The position numbers and the translations under genes were made by a program. Below the pieces are notes generated by a model. It was not told the origin of the DNA. It worked only from the letters and a program-made list of their open reading frames with translations, and did no database searches. This document shows, piece by piece, positions 1 through 11,630 of a DNA stretch of 64,000 bases. Position 1 is the stretch's first letter; each line of letters begins with the position of its first letter. Source of the DNA: Lingula anatina (taxonomy: Eukaryota; Animalia; Brachiopoda); assembly GCA_051362555.1 (NCBI GenBank), contig CM120644.1, positions 19,056,534 through 19,120,533 of the forward strand, given 5' to 3'.

Positions 1-1271
1 ACATGAATTACTTCGGGCAATACCTTCTGAATGTGGTTAATATACTTAACACACTTAGCCTGATCCACAGTGGTCCAGAATTCTTCAATGGCAACCACAA
101 GTTGATCTTTCGTTCTTGGTTCCACCCGGTTTCTGATAAATTACTTTAGTTCAGCCCAAAGCATCTCGATAGGGTTCAGATCAGGGCTCTCGGGGGGCGT
201 CTTGAACCAGTTGATGTTGTGCGGCTCAAAGAACGTGGCCGTCAACCTGCTGATATGCATGGGCGCATTATCCTGCTAGAACCTGTGTCCCAGAGGAAAC
301 CTAGCTGTAGTTAAATCAGAAGAGATACGGAAGTGTTACTATTTTCAGAACTTTCAGCTGATGGACAAAGATAAGCAATGCATACTCTAAATTGATACTG
401 ACTTTTTTTTAAATTTTAATTGCTGATTTCCGCTTACCTTTTTTGCAGAAACGGAATCAGAGTGTCCCGAAGAATGTCCTGGTACGCCTCACTGTTCATC
501 GTGTCAGTAAACATAATGATGGGAGTTGCCCCTCTTTGCAAATGCCTGAAATAGATAATATCAGTCCATTAGTTTACATGAACATGCGCTTTTATTTTAA
601 AAGCCTAGTCATAATCTTGGCGAATTAGTTTTCAGAACCGGAGTGTTAAATTACACTTGTTAAATTTTGATTTATTACATTTCAACAAGCAAAGTTAACC
701 CTTTTTTATCACAACAGTATTAAACATTTCACTGTAGTGTCTCACCTGCCCATACATGAACCTTGTAGGGGAGCTTCGGTTTGCTGCGCAGTGGGCGGGC
801 GGACTTATGTCGTTGCCGTCTTTATCCCTGATGACTTTCCGAAAAATTTATCGACCATTCGTGTCCATCTCCACGGTACACTCATCTGAAGTGAATGCGC
901 AAATAAGATAAATAAGACACATTTTGAAATTCAAAAGGCAAATTCAAGAAAAGAAATAATGTTTGTATACCTTTTTAACAACGGTGCTAATATATATACA
1001 TGTAGTTTTACAGAGTGAGCGGAATATCCGGTAATAGATCTTAAACAACAATACATGTACATGTTGGTTTTTTAATGCAGATCTGTGGGTTGTGGCTTAC
1101 CAGAAAACACAACGTCCTCAAACTTGTCCTCTACTGCCAGGGCCTCCTGGCACCAGTTCACTCTTTTCGGACGGTTCACAATGCTAACAAGCTGGCAGTA
1201 GCCCTTCGCACTTTTCACCCAGCCAACCTTCTTCCTTAATCTCCGCACAGCACTGGATGACACAATCAGAT
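1..1271 (-). mobile_element. Intron-containing Tc1-like (DD34E) transposase gene, decayed; exons 1271-1101, 885-746, 545-438, 300-1 (runs off window start)
   Basis: Manual splicing at GT..AG sites gives ...RRLRKKVGWVKSAKGYCQLVS...FEDVVFS|DECTVEMD...KPKLPYKVHVWA|G...IIMFTDTMNSEAYQDILRDTLIPFLQKK|RFPLGHRF*QDNAPMH...WFKTPPESPDLNPIEMLW. There are 34 residues between the second D and E. In-frame stops and frameshifts are present. Confidence 0.9.
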
Positions 1272-1596
1272 CTGTTAAAACGAACGAAAAAGAGCGGTAT
1301 ATATATATGAACATTCAGTCAATAATTTATTATTTCTTCACTGTATGAAAAAATCATTTTGACAAATTACAGTGTATGTTAACCACTATGTGCCAGATGC
1401 TTTCTCTTGTTTAGCTCAATGAGGAGTAGATTTCCTAACATTTCCTCCATTTGATGCGCGATGATCGCCACGGTCATATTTCGATGTGCATCATTTTAAA
1501 TACATCTTTAATGGTATTATTACATAATTATTACCTGCACCTTAGTAACTTTTTTTTGGTATCAAATAACAATTTAGCTATGCTTTTTTCCATCTT

Positions 1597-1627
1597 CATT
1601 AGATTAGATTAGATTAGATTAGATTAG
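1597..1627. repeat. (ATTAG)n microsatellite
   Basis: About six direct copies of attag. Confidence 0.9.
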
Positions 1628-2111
1628 CATTGATTTCCGATTCAGGTTCCTACTGGATCCTCTTTATCGGACTCTTCCTCCAAAACTAACTTGTGACTTC
1701 CGATGATGTTGATTTCGGACCTATAAGTGTTGGTAGTCCAAGTTTACGTAATTTTTCTGGGTAACTAAGGTTATTCATGTCATCCTATAAGTTAGTTGTG
1801 AGAAGACACATTTCTTCTTGAACAAGACTCTCTCTGATACGATGATAATGTCCTTGCCTTCATCATCTATCTAAAATATGATAGTTATAAGTATATATTT
1901 AGAAACATGTCCCATCTTTACCTGCTTTGACAATCTTGTCCTAACTAACTGAGGCATGTATTGCCATGGGCAATTCACTTGTTATACCCTCCTCGCTTGT
2001 TATTAAGAAGAGTCCCTCAGCAATTTCTTTATTCATTGCTGTTGCCCCCTCTAACTCTTCAGTTAAGAAGAGGAAACCCCCATCGTCAGAGGAGGAAACA
2101 GCAATCAGAGT

Positions 2112-3797
2112 CAGTGTATGAAATGGCCGCCTGCCCGCCAGCCCAAGGCTGGTAACTTTCAGGCCGGGCGGGTAAGATTTGCAGATTACCCGCCCGACGG
2201 GCTGGCTGTTTTTACAGCCTATTTTCACCTTTTATTTTGTCTATGTTCACAAGCGATTTCAGCAAAATATCAAATAAACTCACTGTTTTCACCCACTTTC
2301 ATAGAAGCAAAGAACTTACCATAGCTTGCAATCGAACGCTCGTATCGAAATGTAACTAACAGTCTCCCTCTCAGTGGCCTCGTTTTCGAAGTTCTGTCTG
2401 TGTGATATGAAGTTGAAAGACAATTTGAAACGAGGCACAATGTTCTTAACCAGCTTCAGTGCACAGCAGATAACGTTACGTCATTGTTTTGTGTAGAGGA
2501 GATACCGCGAGTAGCAATTTGTAGGTTGAGAGTAATAAAAATGTGAAAGTATAAAAAGTTATGATATTGATTTAATCGACTTATAGGTACATGAAGTGCT
2601 TATAATCAACAGTAATAAAGGCAATGGAGGCAAATAAAAGGAGAATTTTACAAAAAATTTGAATCCCAAAATTATGAGTGAACGTACGAGTTTACGCCGT
2701 GCGTCAGATGTAGTTCTTTTCCCACGTGCTTTCATCTTGGGCTGTCAAAAATGAAAAAATTCTATCAGGTCCGATAGAGAAGTTCACAAAAGAAAAACAA
2801 TTGAGGAAAGAAATAAAACTAACAAAGATTACGACAGAACCAAACGAAAGAGAACAAATTGGGACCAATGGAAAGGTGACTTCGATTTGCAATTAGTCGA
2901 GCGGCAACATTTTTTTTCGTAAAACCGTAACTCGAAAGTATCACGCATTGCGACCGAGCGCAAGCATCTCGATCCAATAACTCATCCATACTCGCCCCAT
3001 GTAAAAATGATATTGTAGCCTCTAGGTGATATATATATAGCTATTCTCAATAAGCAATGCTTTCGAGATACGGGGCCCTGCAGGACTGTCTATGGGCCAT
3101 TAGCGTGCAGGACCGTTCCCGACCGCTTTTTAAAGCTTAAAAGCGATATTCAAAGGGACCCTACGTGCTAAATTTTTTCTTCTTTATTGTAAGCACAGAG
3201 ATCGATTTATTTGACAACAATATATATATTTTTGGTCATACTTGTTGCTATACAAAAAAGCAAAAATTATGATCAAATTATATCACGAAATCGGAATAAA
3301 AGTTATGAATAAATTATTGACGAAGAAATGAGACAGCCTGCAAGGTGAACATAAACTGAATTGACTACCCCCGCCCTCCCCCGACTGCTAAAGGGCCCTG
3401 AAAATTTTTGGTATTTTAGATGGTGAATGGTGCCATTTGGTATGGTTTAGAACTATGATTCAACTAGTGAAAATCTTATTTCAAGAGGTGAGTTATTTTT
3501 TACAGAAATTAAAAGGGGGCGTCAGGAGCCCCTTGACCCCCTCTAAATCCAACACAGAAAAGGTATCATTCAGTAGAAATTCCAAACAATTTCTAAATTT
3601 CCATGCATAAGGCATGATATTGCCCTTTCATTTCCAAATTACTCTCCCAAGAATGCATTCTAGACCCCCTCAGCATACCTCTCTTAACTCTAGGGGTTAT
3701 CGTAAATAGGGCAGGTAACTACATGGCCGGGCTGGTAACTTTTCAGAGTTACCTGCCCGGCGGTCTGGATAGTAATTTCCTTGAATTTCATACACTG
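2112..3797 (+). mobile_element. Non-autonomous hAT-like DNA transposon with remnant of transposase N-terminus
   Basis: 13-bp terminal inverted repeats CAGTGTATGAAAT / ATTTCATACACTG. Subterminal repeats (cctgcccg, ggctggtaacttt) occur at both ends. Remnant MKKF...DYDRTKRKRTNWDQWKGDF at ~2752-2890. No clear target-site duplication. Confidence 0.75.
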
Positions 3798-4016
3798 GTA
3801 TCACAGGTTAGATCATCAGAATGGTAGCTTTTGCCAAAGTGATTTAGGAAGACCTCAGCTTTTTCTTCGTCAGAATTAGCAATATTACCGGTATTTACAT
3901 TTCCAATCACCGGTATTGACCGATTGAATTTATTACCCATAAGTTTTTTCAGTGTCGGCCAATAGTGTTTCTTACTATCTGTTTTAGCTTCAAGTGATTC
4001 GATTAGGCTTTTATTG

Positions 4017-5660
4017 TACCACCAGCGTTAGCGCTGGCGGTACACATGGTTTCGGTCTCGTCCGGATCGTTCCGCCGGCTCCGCCGGCTCCGCCGGACGG
4101 CTACCGTTACCGCTTCTCCTCCTAGACGGTAAGGCCCCCCATACCCATCTCATGGATTTAGGTCACCTATAATCTCAACTCGTTCCACGTAAAATTTGGG
4201 CTTTGTCGGTATTGGGGTCTGGGTGTGGCACTCATTGCAATGCACCCTTGTCCAAAAATGGCAAAATTAAATGCTAATTATCTACCCTACGGAAGGAGTT
4301 ACGGGAAAATTTTCTACAGACGGCTTTCCAAAAGTCATATGTGTAGATTTCAAATATACCCTCGGATTTGACCTTTGACCTTTACTTCAAGGTCAAATGG
4401 GCCAAAATTTTCAAAAAAATGAAATTTTTTACGAAAAAAAAATTTTTTGCCCTGTTATTCAGACACCACACAGACTTAACCAATAATATTATTGGAAAGT
4501 GTTACCCTTTAGGTCATCTTTCATCTCCGTGAATTTGGGGTCAATCGGTGCATTTTCACAGGAGTAGCGGCCATAAGATACCGAAACTGAAAACTGTCTC
4601 TAATTCGGGAACCGTTAATGCTAGAGACCCATTCTTTTTTGCATTTTGTAGAGCATGTAAAGCCCAACACTGGAGATGGTCTCGGTTTTTTTGTATTCCA
4701 TACGGTTTTCGAGTTACGCTGTATCAAAAAGTACATATTGGTGGTGAAAGGAAAATGTACGGAAGCCCACTGGTGCCATATGTAGAAAAAAAAATTATCT
4801 CGAAATTTCGAGATACTATTTTGAAATTTGAACAAAAAAATTTACCACCAGCGTTAGCGCTGGCGGTACACATGGTTTCGGTCCCGTCCGGTCCGTTCCG
4901 CCGGCTCCGCCGCCATGTTACCGTTACCGCTTCTCCTCCTAGACGGTAAGGGCCCCCGTACCCATCTCATGGATTTAGGTCACCTATAATCTCAACTCGT
5001 TCCACGTAAAATTTGGTTTTGTCGGTATTGGGGTCTGGGTGTGGCACTCATTGCAATGCACCCTTGTCTAAAAATGGCAAAATTAAATGCTAATTATCTA
5101 CCCTACAGAAGGAGTTACGGGAAAAATTTCTATAGACGGCTTTCCAAAAGTCATATGTGTAGATTTCAAATATACCCTCGGATTTGACCTTTGACCTTTA
5201 CTTCAAGGTCAAATGGGTCAAAATTTTCAAAAAAATGAAATTTTTTACGAAAAAAAATTTTTTTGCCCTGTTATTCAGACGCCACACAGACTTAACCAAT
5301 AATATTATTGGAAAGTGTTACCCTTCAGGTCATCTTTCATCTCCGTGAATTTGGGGTCAATCGGTGCATTTTCACAGGAGTAGCGGCCATAAGATACCGA
5401 AACTGAAAACTGTCTCTAATTCGGGAACCGTTAATGCTAGAGACCCATTCTTTTTTGCATTTTGTAGAGCATGTAAAGCCCAACACTGAAGGTGGTCTCG
5501 GTTTTTTTGTATTCCATACGGTTTTCGAGTTACGCTGTATCAGAAAGTACATATTGGTGGTGAAAGGAAAATGTACGGAAGCCGACTGGTGCCATATGTA
5601 GAAAAAAAAATTATCTCGACATTTCGAGATACTATTTTGAAATTTGAACAAAAAAAAATT
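4017..5660. repeat. Near-identical tandem duplication, ~826-bp unit (second copy starts at 4843)
   Basis: taccaccagcgttagcgctggcgg at 4017 and 4843 with colinear sequence after. Explains the twin ORFs 4521-4835 and 5337-5651. Confidence 0.9.
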
Positions 5661-6111
5661 TTATCTCGAAATTTCGAGATAGCATTTTGAAATTTGAACA
5701 AAAAAAAAAATTATCTCGAAATTTCGAGATAGCATTTTGATATTTGAGCAAAAAAATTTATCTCGAAATTTCGAGATAGTATTTTGAAATTTGAACAAAA
5801 AAAATGCTATCTCGAAATTTCGAGATAATTTTTTTTTTCAACATATGGCACCAGTCGGCTTCCGTAAAAATGTGCAGTACGGTAATGGATAATAAATTTT
5901 GAACTCCGGAAAAATAAAACATAATGCTTGGCAAAGCAGACAACTTGTGGTCAAAAATGACATTATTTTATCAAATTTAAACTTCTGCAACTTCAGAGAA
6001 CCTCCCATTTCAAGAACTTTGACCAAAATGACCTTTTCTTTATTTTAATTAATTTTTTCTGTAGGAAATTTATGGCACATTATGGTAACTCCAAAATTAT
6101 AACATTTAGTC

Positions 6112-7115
6112 CCTTATATCTCCAAAACTGGCAGAGATAGGTCCATAGTTACTATTGAAGTTGAATAGGAAGTCATATACTGGCAATCTTACTGTGACCT
6201 TGACATTGACCTTTGACCTACTTTTCACCATGAACTGAACTTTGCAAATTTTGCTTCCCTTTTATCTCCAAAACTGGCAGAGATAGGTCCATAGTTACTA
6301 TTGAAGTTGAATAGGAAGTCATATACTGGCAATCTTACTGTGACCTTGAAATTGACCTTTGACCTACTTATCACCATGAACTGAACTTTGCAAATTTTGC
6401 TTCCCTTTTATCTCCAAAACTGGCAGAGATAGGTCCATAGTTACTATTGAACTTGAATAGGAAGTCATATACTGGCAATTTTACTGTGACCTTGAAATTG
6501 ACCTTTGACCTACTTTTCACCTTGAACTGAACTTTGCAAAATTTGCTTCCCTTTTATCTCCAAAACTGGCAGAGATAGGTCCATAGTTACTATTGAACTT
6601 GCATAGGAAGTCATATACTGGCAATTTTACTGTGACCTTGAAATTGACCTTTGACCTTCTTTTCACCATGAACTGAACTTTGCAAATTTTGCTTCCCTTT
6701 TATCTCCAAAACTGGCAGAGATAGGTCCATAGTTACTATTGAAGTTGAATAGGAAGTCATATACTGGCAATCTAAATGTGACCTTGAAATTGACCTTTGA
6801 CCTACTTTTCACCATGAACTGAACTTTGCAAATTTTGCTTCCCTTTTATCTCCAAAACTGGCAGAGATAGGTCCATAGTTACTATTGAAGTTGAATAGGA
6901 AGTCATATACTGGCAATCTTACTGTGACCTTGAAATTGACCTTTGACCTACTTTTCACCATGAACTGAACTTTGCAAATTTTGCTTCCCTTTTATCTCCA
7001 AAACTGGCAGAGAAAGGTCCATAGTTACTATTGAAGTTGGATAGGAAGTCATATACTGGCAATTTACTGTGACCTTGAAATTGACCTTTGACCTACCTTA
7101 CAATGAACTTAACTT
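6112..7115. repeat. 146-bp tandem array (~7 copies) inside the HINE
   Basis: tatctccaaaactggcagagataggtcc recurs from 6117 and 6263 at 146-bp spacing. Units contain the tgacctttgacc motif. Confidence 0.95.
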
Positions 7116-7945
7116 TGATTGCACCATTTTTAGTTATATATATTTTTTGCATATTTTGAAAATTCTTGTTGATTGCATTTTTACAGCTTGTCAAGCACAA
7201 GACTGGTGGCTGCACCCCTTATTTTGTGTATGTGGGGGTCTATACGAATGCGCTTGCTCCAGCTGGTGGTACAATATTCGGAGGCGGTATCGCCTCTCTG
7301 ATCCTCTAGTTATAAGAGTTTTTAGTTTCAGATATTAACTGCTTCACCAGGTTACTTTGGGCAACATAGCTTGCGATGTTTACTTGCGACGGGTTCAGTT
7401 TTATACTATGGTACAATTTTCTCTTTCTATTTAATTCATGTGCAATTTTGTCATTGTACCATGGGCTCTCATTTCCACGTACTTTACTATGTTTTCTTGG
7501 GATATGTTTTTCAAATATGGACAAAAGAGTATCGATAAATTTTTTAGTCAGCAGGTGGACATCGGACTCGAGTTTAAACATGCCGTCCCAGTCGAACTGA
7601 GTTATTTCGGTTTTTAGCCCTTCAAGGTTTGCATGGTTGTACTTCCATATAGTTTTATAGTAAGGTGAATGTTTACAGAGAGTTATGTCTATGGAGGTCA
7701 CTAATGTAGCATGGTCTGTGCGTCCACAGAAGATCTTAGTACCAGGCCGGGAATGTCAGTCACAGTCAGGTCAATACATGAAACAGAGCTTCCTTGAATT
7801 CGGGTTGGCTCATTTATTAACTGGTCAAGGCTATGTTCGCAAAATATGTCGCTTAACATTCGACCTGGCACGTCATCACCTCCCTCCAGAAACCATTGTC
7901 TGTTATGAGCATTAAAATCGCCATTTATTATGATTCCATCATGCC

Positions 7946-8730
7946 GAGGATTTGAGGCGTGAGGTTGTCTCCTAGTCCTGGTGAGGGTGGTATTGATTTT
8001 AGGAGGGCCACCGTTGCTTAGTTTTTGGCTAGGCGGCTAGTATTTTTCATCCTAATGACTTGCAACTTTTAACACGGATTAAGATAGACTGTACAGCAGA
8101 TGTGATTCTCGTTCTTTTTAGTTAGACCCAAGTGGTGTTAAGACCGAGTGAGTATCCTGGGACTTCTTTATTTTTTAATGTTTTCTTTATTAGTTATATT
8201 TGGGCTTCTCGCCCTAGGGTGATGATTTCTTTCAAAGTAAAGAGAGGGTTTCTCGTCCTTGGGATGGGACAAAAGAGTGGCCTTGTGGCTTGTTTATTTA
8301 TTACAATATATATGAACATTATGGTATTTCTTTTCCTGAGCATGTGTGTAGCCCTGAAAAGGGCTGTTTTAAATTTGTGTTGCTGGCTCATTTGAGGCGC
8401 TTCAGGGTGGCAGCTGTACGGCATTTTGCTTTGGTCGATGTGACAATCTTCTGCTTCTTGGATTTCATTGTTAAAAGCAGAGCGCAGACCTGTTGCAGTA
8501 GATGTGGATTGGTGTTGGGAGTCGGTTGAGGGCTGGCGTTGATTTCATATGCCCCGTTCATTTTAAAGAAGTCTTCTGTCTTGCTTTCACGGGCTAGGGC
8601 TTCTTCATGGTTCTCCTTGGCCTTTTTCACAAAATCCTCTATGTGGAATTCGATTGTATGCTTGATTGCCTCTGTAGCCTTGTTCTGGATTTCAATTAGC
8701 TTGGTGGTGAGAGCTTCATGGCCATGACAT
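7946..8730 (-). mobile_element. Probable retroelement (Penelope-like N-terminal region) fragment
   Basis: Broken K/E/Q-rich minus-strand ORFs (8388-8630, 8194-8424) lie near the Penelope fragment at ~9460-10085. No diagnostic motif. Confidence 0.3.
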
Positions 8731-8734
8731 CCTT

Positions 8735-9450
8735 TAACTAATATCTATATTATGCAGTTGTGATAAGATAAGCATCAACTTAAAAATACTACATGCACCC
8801 TGACACCGAGACATGCTTTAAGTTCTTCTTTCCACTTAGAGTCATTGTATGTTGCGTATGCATTTATATTTTCCAACAAATTGTTCAGTATTTCATCAGT
8901 AAAGAACAGTTTTAAAAGTCTATTTCGTTTTTGTCACCCGTCATTTCATGTGTGAATCCAGGCAGTTCACCACAGAAAAGCTCCTTGTCCAACTCCCACA
9001 GATTGTTTTCCCCATGACTTCTTCTAAAATCTTCACTAATGCATGCCTAATTCACTTTCAGACTATGTCTGTAAAGTGTTATTCAAAAGAAATATAGCTC
9101 AAATTATTGCTGTCAGACTCACTGTCACTAACAAATCCCAAAAATTCAGACCCAGAGCTCTCATCAAAAATACTCCGTATTTCCTCCATATGTAGATTTC
9201 CCTCGACCTTTAAAATGTTTACATTTTGTTCTGTAGCACTCTCCTTTTTATTGGCCGAAAGAAAAGCAACAACTAATCAGAAAACAAGCTATTTAAAACT
9301 TACCTATCAAAGTTTCTTTCTCATGCCATCATATGAAGTCGCTAGGCAAGGGGCCTGCCATATTGGATGCCGTCAAATGACGACGCTTGGGACAGAAATA
9401 AGAAAACATTATTGGCAAATGACGGCAGTAGGGGACAATGAGTGGGTTGA
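8735..9450 (-). mobile_element. piggyBac-type transposon 5' fragment
   Basis: Acidic N-terminus (MEEIRSIFDESSGSEFLGF...SDSESDS) followed by LFFTDEILNNLLENINAYA...WKEELKACLGV, typical of PGBD transposases. CCC-type end near 9446 with repeated caaatgacg motifs. Confidence 0.7.
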
Positions 9451-9459
9451 TAATTGATT

Positions 9460-9808
9460 GGTCATTGCTCTGAGTTGCCTCAAGATTTAGATTTCTCAAG
9501 TTATCTTTTGCAAGGTCATTGGTTGTTTGTGTAAGGTCTTTTGTCTATGAGTTTGGGTGTCTTTTCTAAAACTTACTGGTCCTGAAAAGTGCTTCTATTG
9601 CTCTGTGTGTCCCTTCTTAATTTAGGGGTACTGAAAAGGGCAGTACTTCTATCGCCCTTTGTCCACTACTCTGCCCAGGTCTTGTGATTTGTAAAGTGTT
9701 TTCTGGGTCAGGTTTATGGAGGGTCCTCTTGTGGGGATTGTCTGTATCTGTTGTAGTTCACAGACTAATCGTTGATGTTGTATGTTCCCATAGGTGGATG
9801 TTGGGTCA

Positions 9809-9860
<52 letters not shown>

Positions 9861-10085
9861 TGAAGTACACTATCATTTTAGCTGACTGCTTTGTTTGTTA
9901 GCTTTACTGTTTTTTAATTTGCTGGATGTGATTATGTCTGAGAGATTCTTGTTTCTCCGGTGGGCAAGCATTGGTGGGTTTGGGAAGATTTTTTTTTAAG
10001 GATTCACTGCTGGTTATAAGATCCCAGTTTTTTCGTAGGGCTTCCTTTAATCCTTTTATGTGTGGGTTGTAGGTTGTCATGAAAA
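9460..10085 (-). mobile_element. Penelope-like retroelement fragment (post-RT linker), with poly(T) tract at 9812-9859
   Basis: FMTTYNPHIKGLKEALRKNWDLITSSESLKK...P matches the Penelope TYHP...HWxIL...LKxIF motif from memory. Confidence 0.65.
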
Positions 10086-10270
10086 AAAGAGGAACCAAAT
10101 GAAACTCCTCTTTCATCGAGCCAAATGAAAGAGGAGTTTCATTTGGCTCGATGTGTTCTTGTTCAAAAGTCGGCAGTGCATTTTTGTGAAATGATTCATA
10201 ATCTACTTCCTTTGCTATGTTTTCACACCATCTCATATCCCCGTTCAGTTAGTTTTTCAATATAGAAGTT

Positions 10271-10474
10271 TCACGAGCTTTCACCAAATTTGCACTGGAT
10301 CCTTAAACATACAAATAGCATGATACCAAGAGCATAGTAATCTGCTTTCCGCAAGGCAGGGCAACCCCTAAGTACCTCTGGGGTCATGTTCTTGTAAAGG
10401 GTAAAGTTCATTAACTGGACCCCGTGGATGCTCTCCCCAGCCGCATTCAGAGGATGGACGGACCCCAGATCACA
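10271..10474 (-). pseudogene. Orphan protein-kinase exon (subdomains VII-IX)
   Basis: After acceptor ttttctttctaacag the frame reads CDLGSVHPLNAAGESIHGVQLMNFTLYKNMTPEVLRGCPALRKADYYALGIMLF, with DLG, xPE and DxxxLG motifs, then hits a stop. Confidence 0.65.
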
Positions 10475-10529
10475 CTGTTAGAAAGAAAACATAAGTTTAA
10501 AAAAAATTAAATAAAGAAATAGAATACTG

Positions 10530-11205
10530 CGTTTAAAAAATAAGTGTTGGGCATGTCCAAAACGTTTATGATTAATCACTTTAAAAACGTATTCTACTCT
10601 AAGGGCTCTTATATCTGCCTTCAGAAGATTCAAGGTTCGGTCCACAATTCCCAATTTTATGAGATGTCGTTAACTTTAATTTTCCTAATGAAACTGGCCC
10701 TAAAGTCACAGATCCCTAAAAGGATCCTCACAGTCGATCATCTCTTGCATCAGAAAAACTCAAAAAGTCACCCTCCTCATCACTGCTAAACAAATCATCT
10801 GGGACAACATTGGCTGGACAGGATCCCTCCCCCTTCAACGTGCTGATGATCCCAGTTGTTTAGAGCGACTTGACAACCGTTTCGGGCTGATATTGTTCCA
10901 TGCCGACGCCACCCATGCAACGATGTCCTGTTAACAGGCCATTGGCAATTTCTCAAACTTACCCTTTGTTTCCATGGCTAACCATTGCATGTGCTCCGTC
11001 TACATTTTCCTTAGGTTTACCTTGAACGGTCTATTCAAGGACACGTCTAGGGGCTGGGCCCTAGATGTACAGCCCCCAGGGATGACAGCCATGGTGGCAT
11101 TGGCTTTGCATGCCACCTCCCTCACTTTCTCGGTTGTGTAGGCAGAAAACGCTTGCCACAGCCCCCTCTTTTCTCGGTTGTGCGGGCAGAAAACACATCC
11201 AGGAT
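10530..11205 (-). mobile_element. pogo/Tigger-type DDE_1 transposase C-terminal fragment
   Basis: AVIPGGCTSRAQPLDVSLNRPFK, then frameshifted IVAWVASAWNNISPETVVKS and an acidic tail. Confidence 0.85.
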
Positions 11206-11630
11206 TATAAGGGCTGGTCATCTGTCCATGTAAGGCTGCAGAATATATCTGAGCCATTTGTTTGAGCTGGGTGTGGGAGGTTAATAGTGGGAGTCATCTT
11301 TGGTCCCAAATGTAGTGCAAATAAATGTAAGCTGTCACTCCTCCAACAAAACTTAAGGGTGGCTTGGAAATCCCTACATGCCTTGTCATAGTGCATGACA
11401 GATATCCGTTGTTATGATTTGGCCAACTGACCTACTTTGACTGCATGCATACGCTAGATTGTCATCAATTCATTCATAGTAAACAGCTTTACCAATATGG
11501 ATGTGTTGGCTGTAGCTCATTGGATTTGATTAATGTTTTCTAACTTTGCCTTCTTGGGGCCCACTCCTGATAATAACTTGTGCTCCTCCCTCATTTCCCA
11601 CTACTTCCTCTACACTTTCTGTTTCTAAGG

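Larger units (their letters stand above)
4015..7310 (+). mobile_element. Helentron-associated non-autonomous element (HINE/DINE-like) with duplicated 5' arm and internal satellite
   Basis: Subterminal inverted repeat attgtaccaccagc (4013) / gctggtggtacaat (7262), 5' (tccg)-rich microsatellite, 3' hairpin gaggcggtatcgcctc followed by CTAGT. Inserted between two T residues with no target-site duplication. Confidence 0.8.
3798..7945 (-). mobile_element. CR1/L2-group LINE ORF2 fragment (endonuclease C-terminus and linker), split by the insertion at 4015-7310
   Basis: 7945-7311 reads IIINGDFNAH...LDQLINEPTR...CIDL...DHATL...WKYNHAN...PWYNDKI...KNSY. 4014-3798 continues NKSLIESL...HYWPTLKKLMG...DEEKAEVFLNHF. 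Removing the insertion rejoins the frame as NSYNKSL. Confidence 0.85.

Noticed and set aside
4521-5651. Duplicated 104-aa ORFs
   Set aside because: By-products of the duplicated HINE head, with no coding signature.
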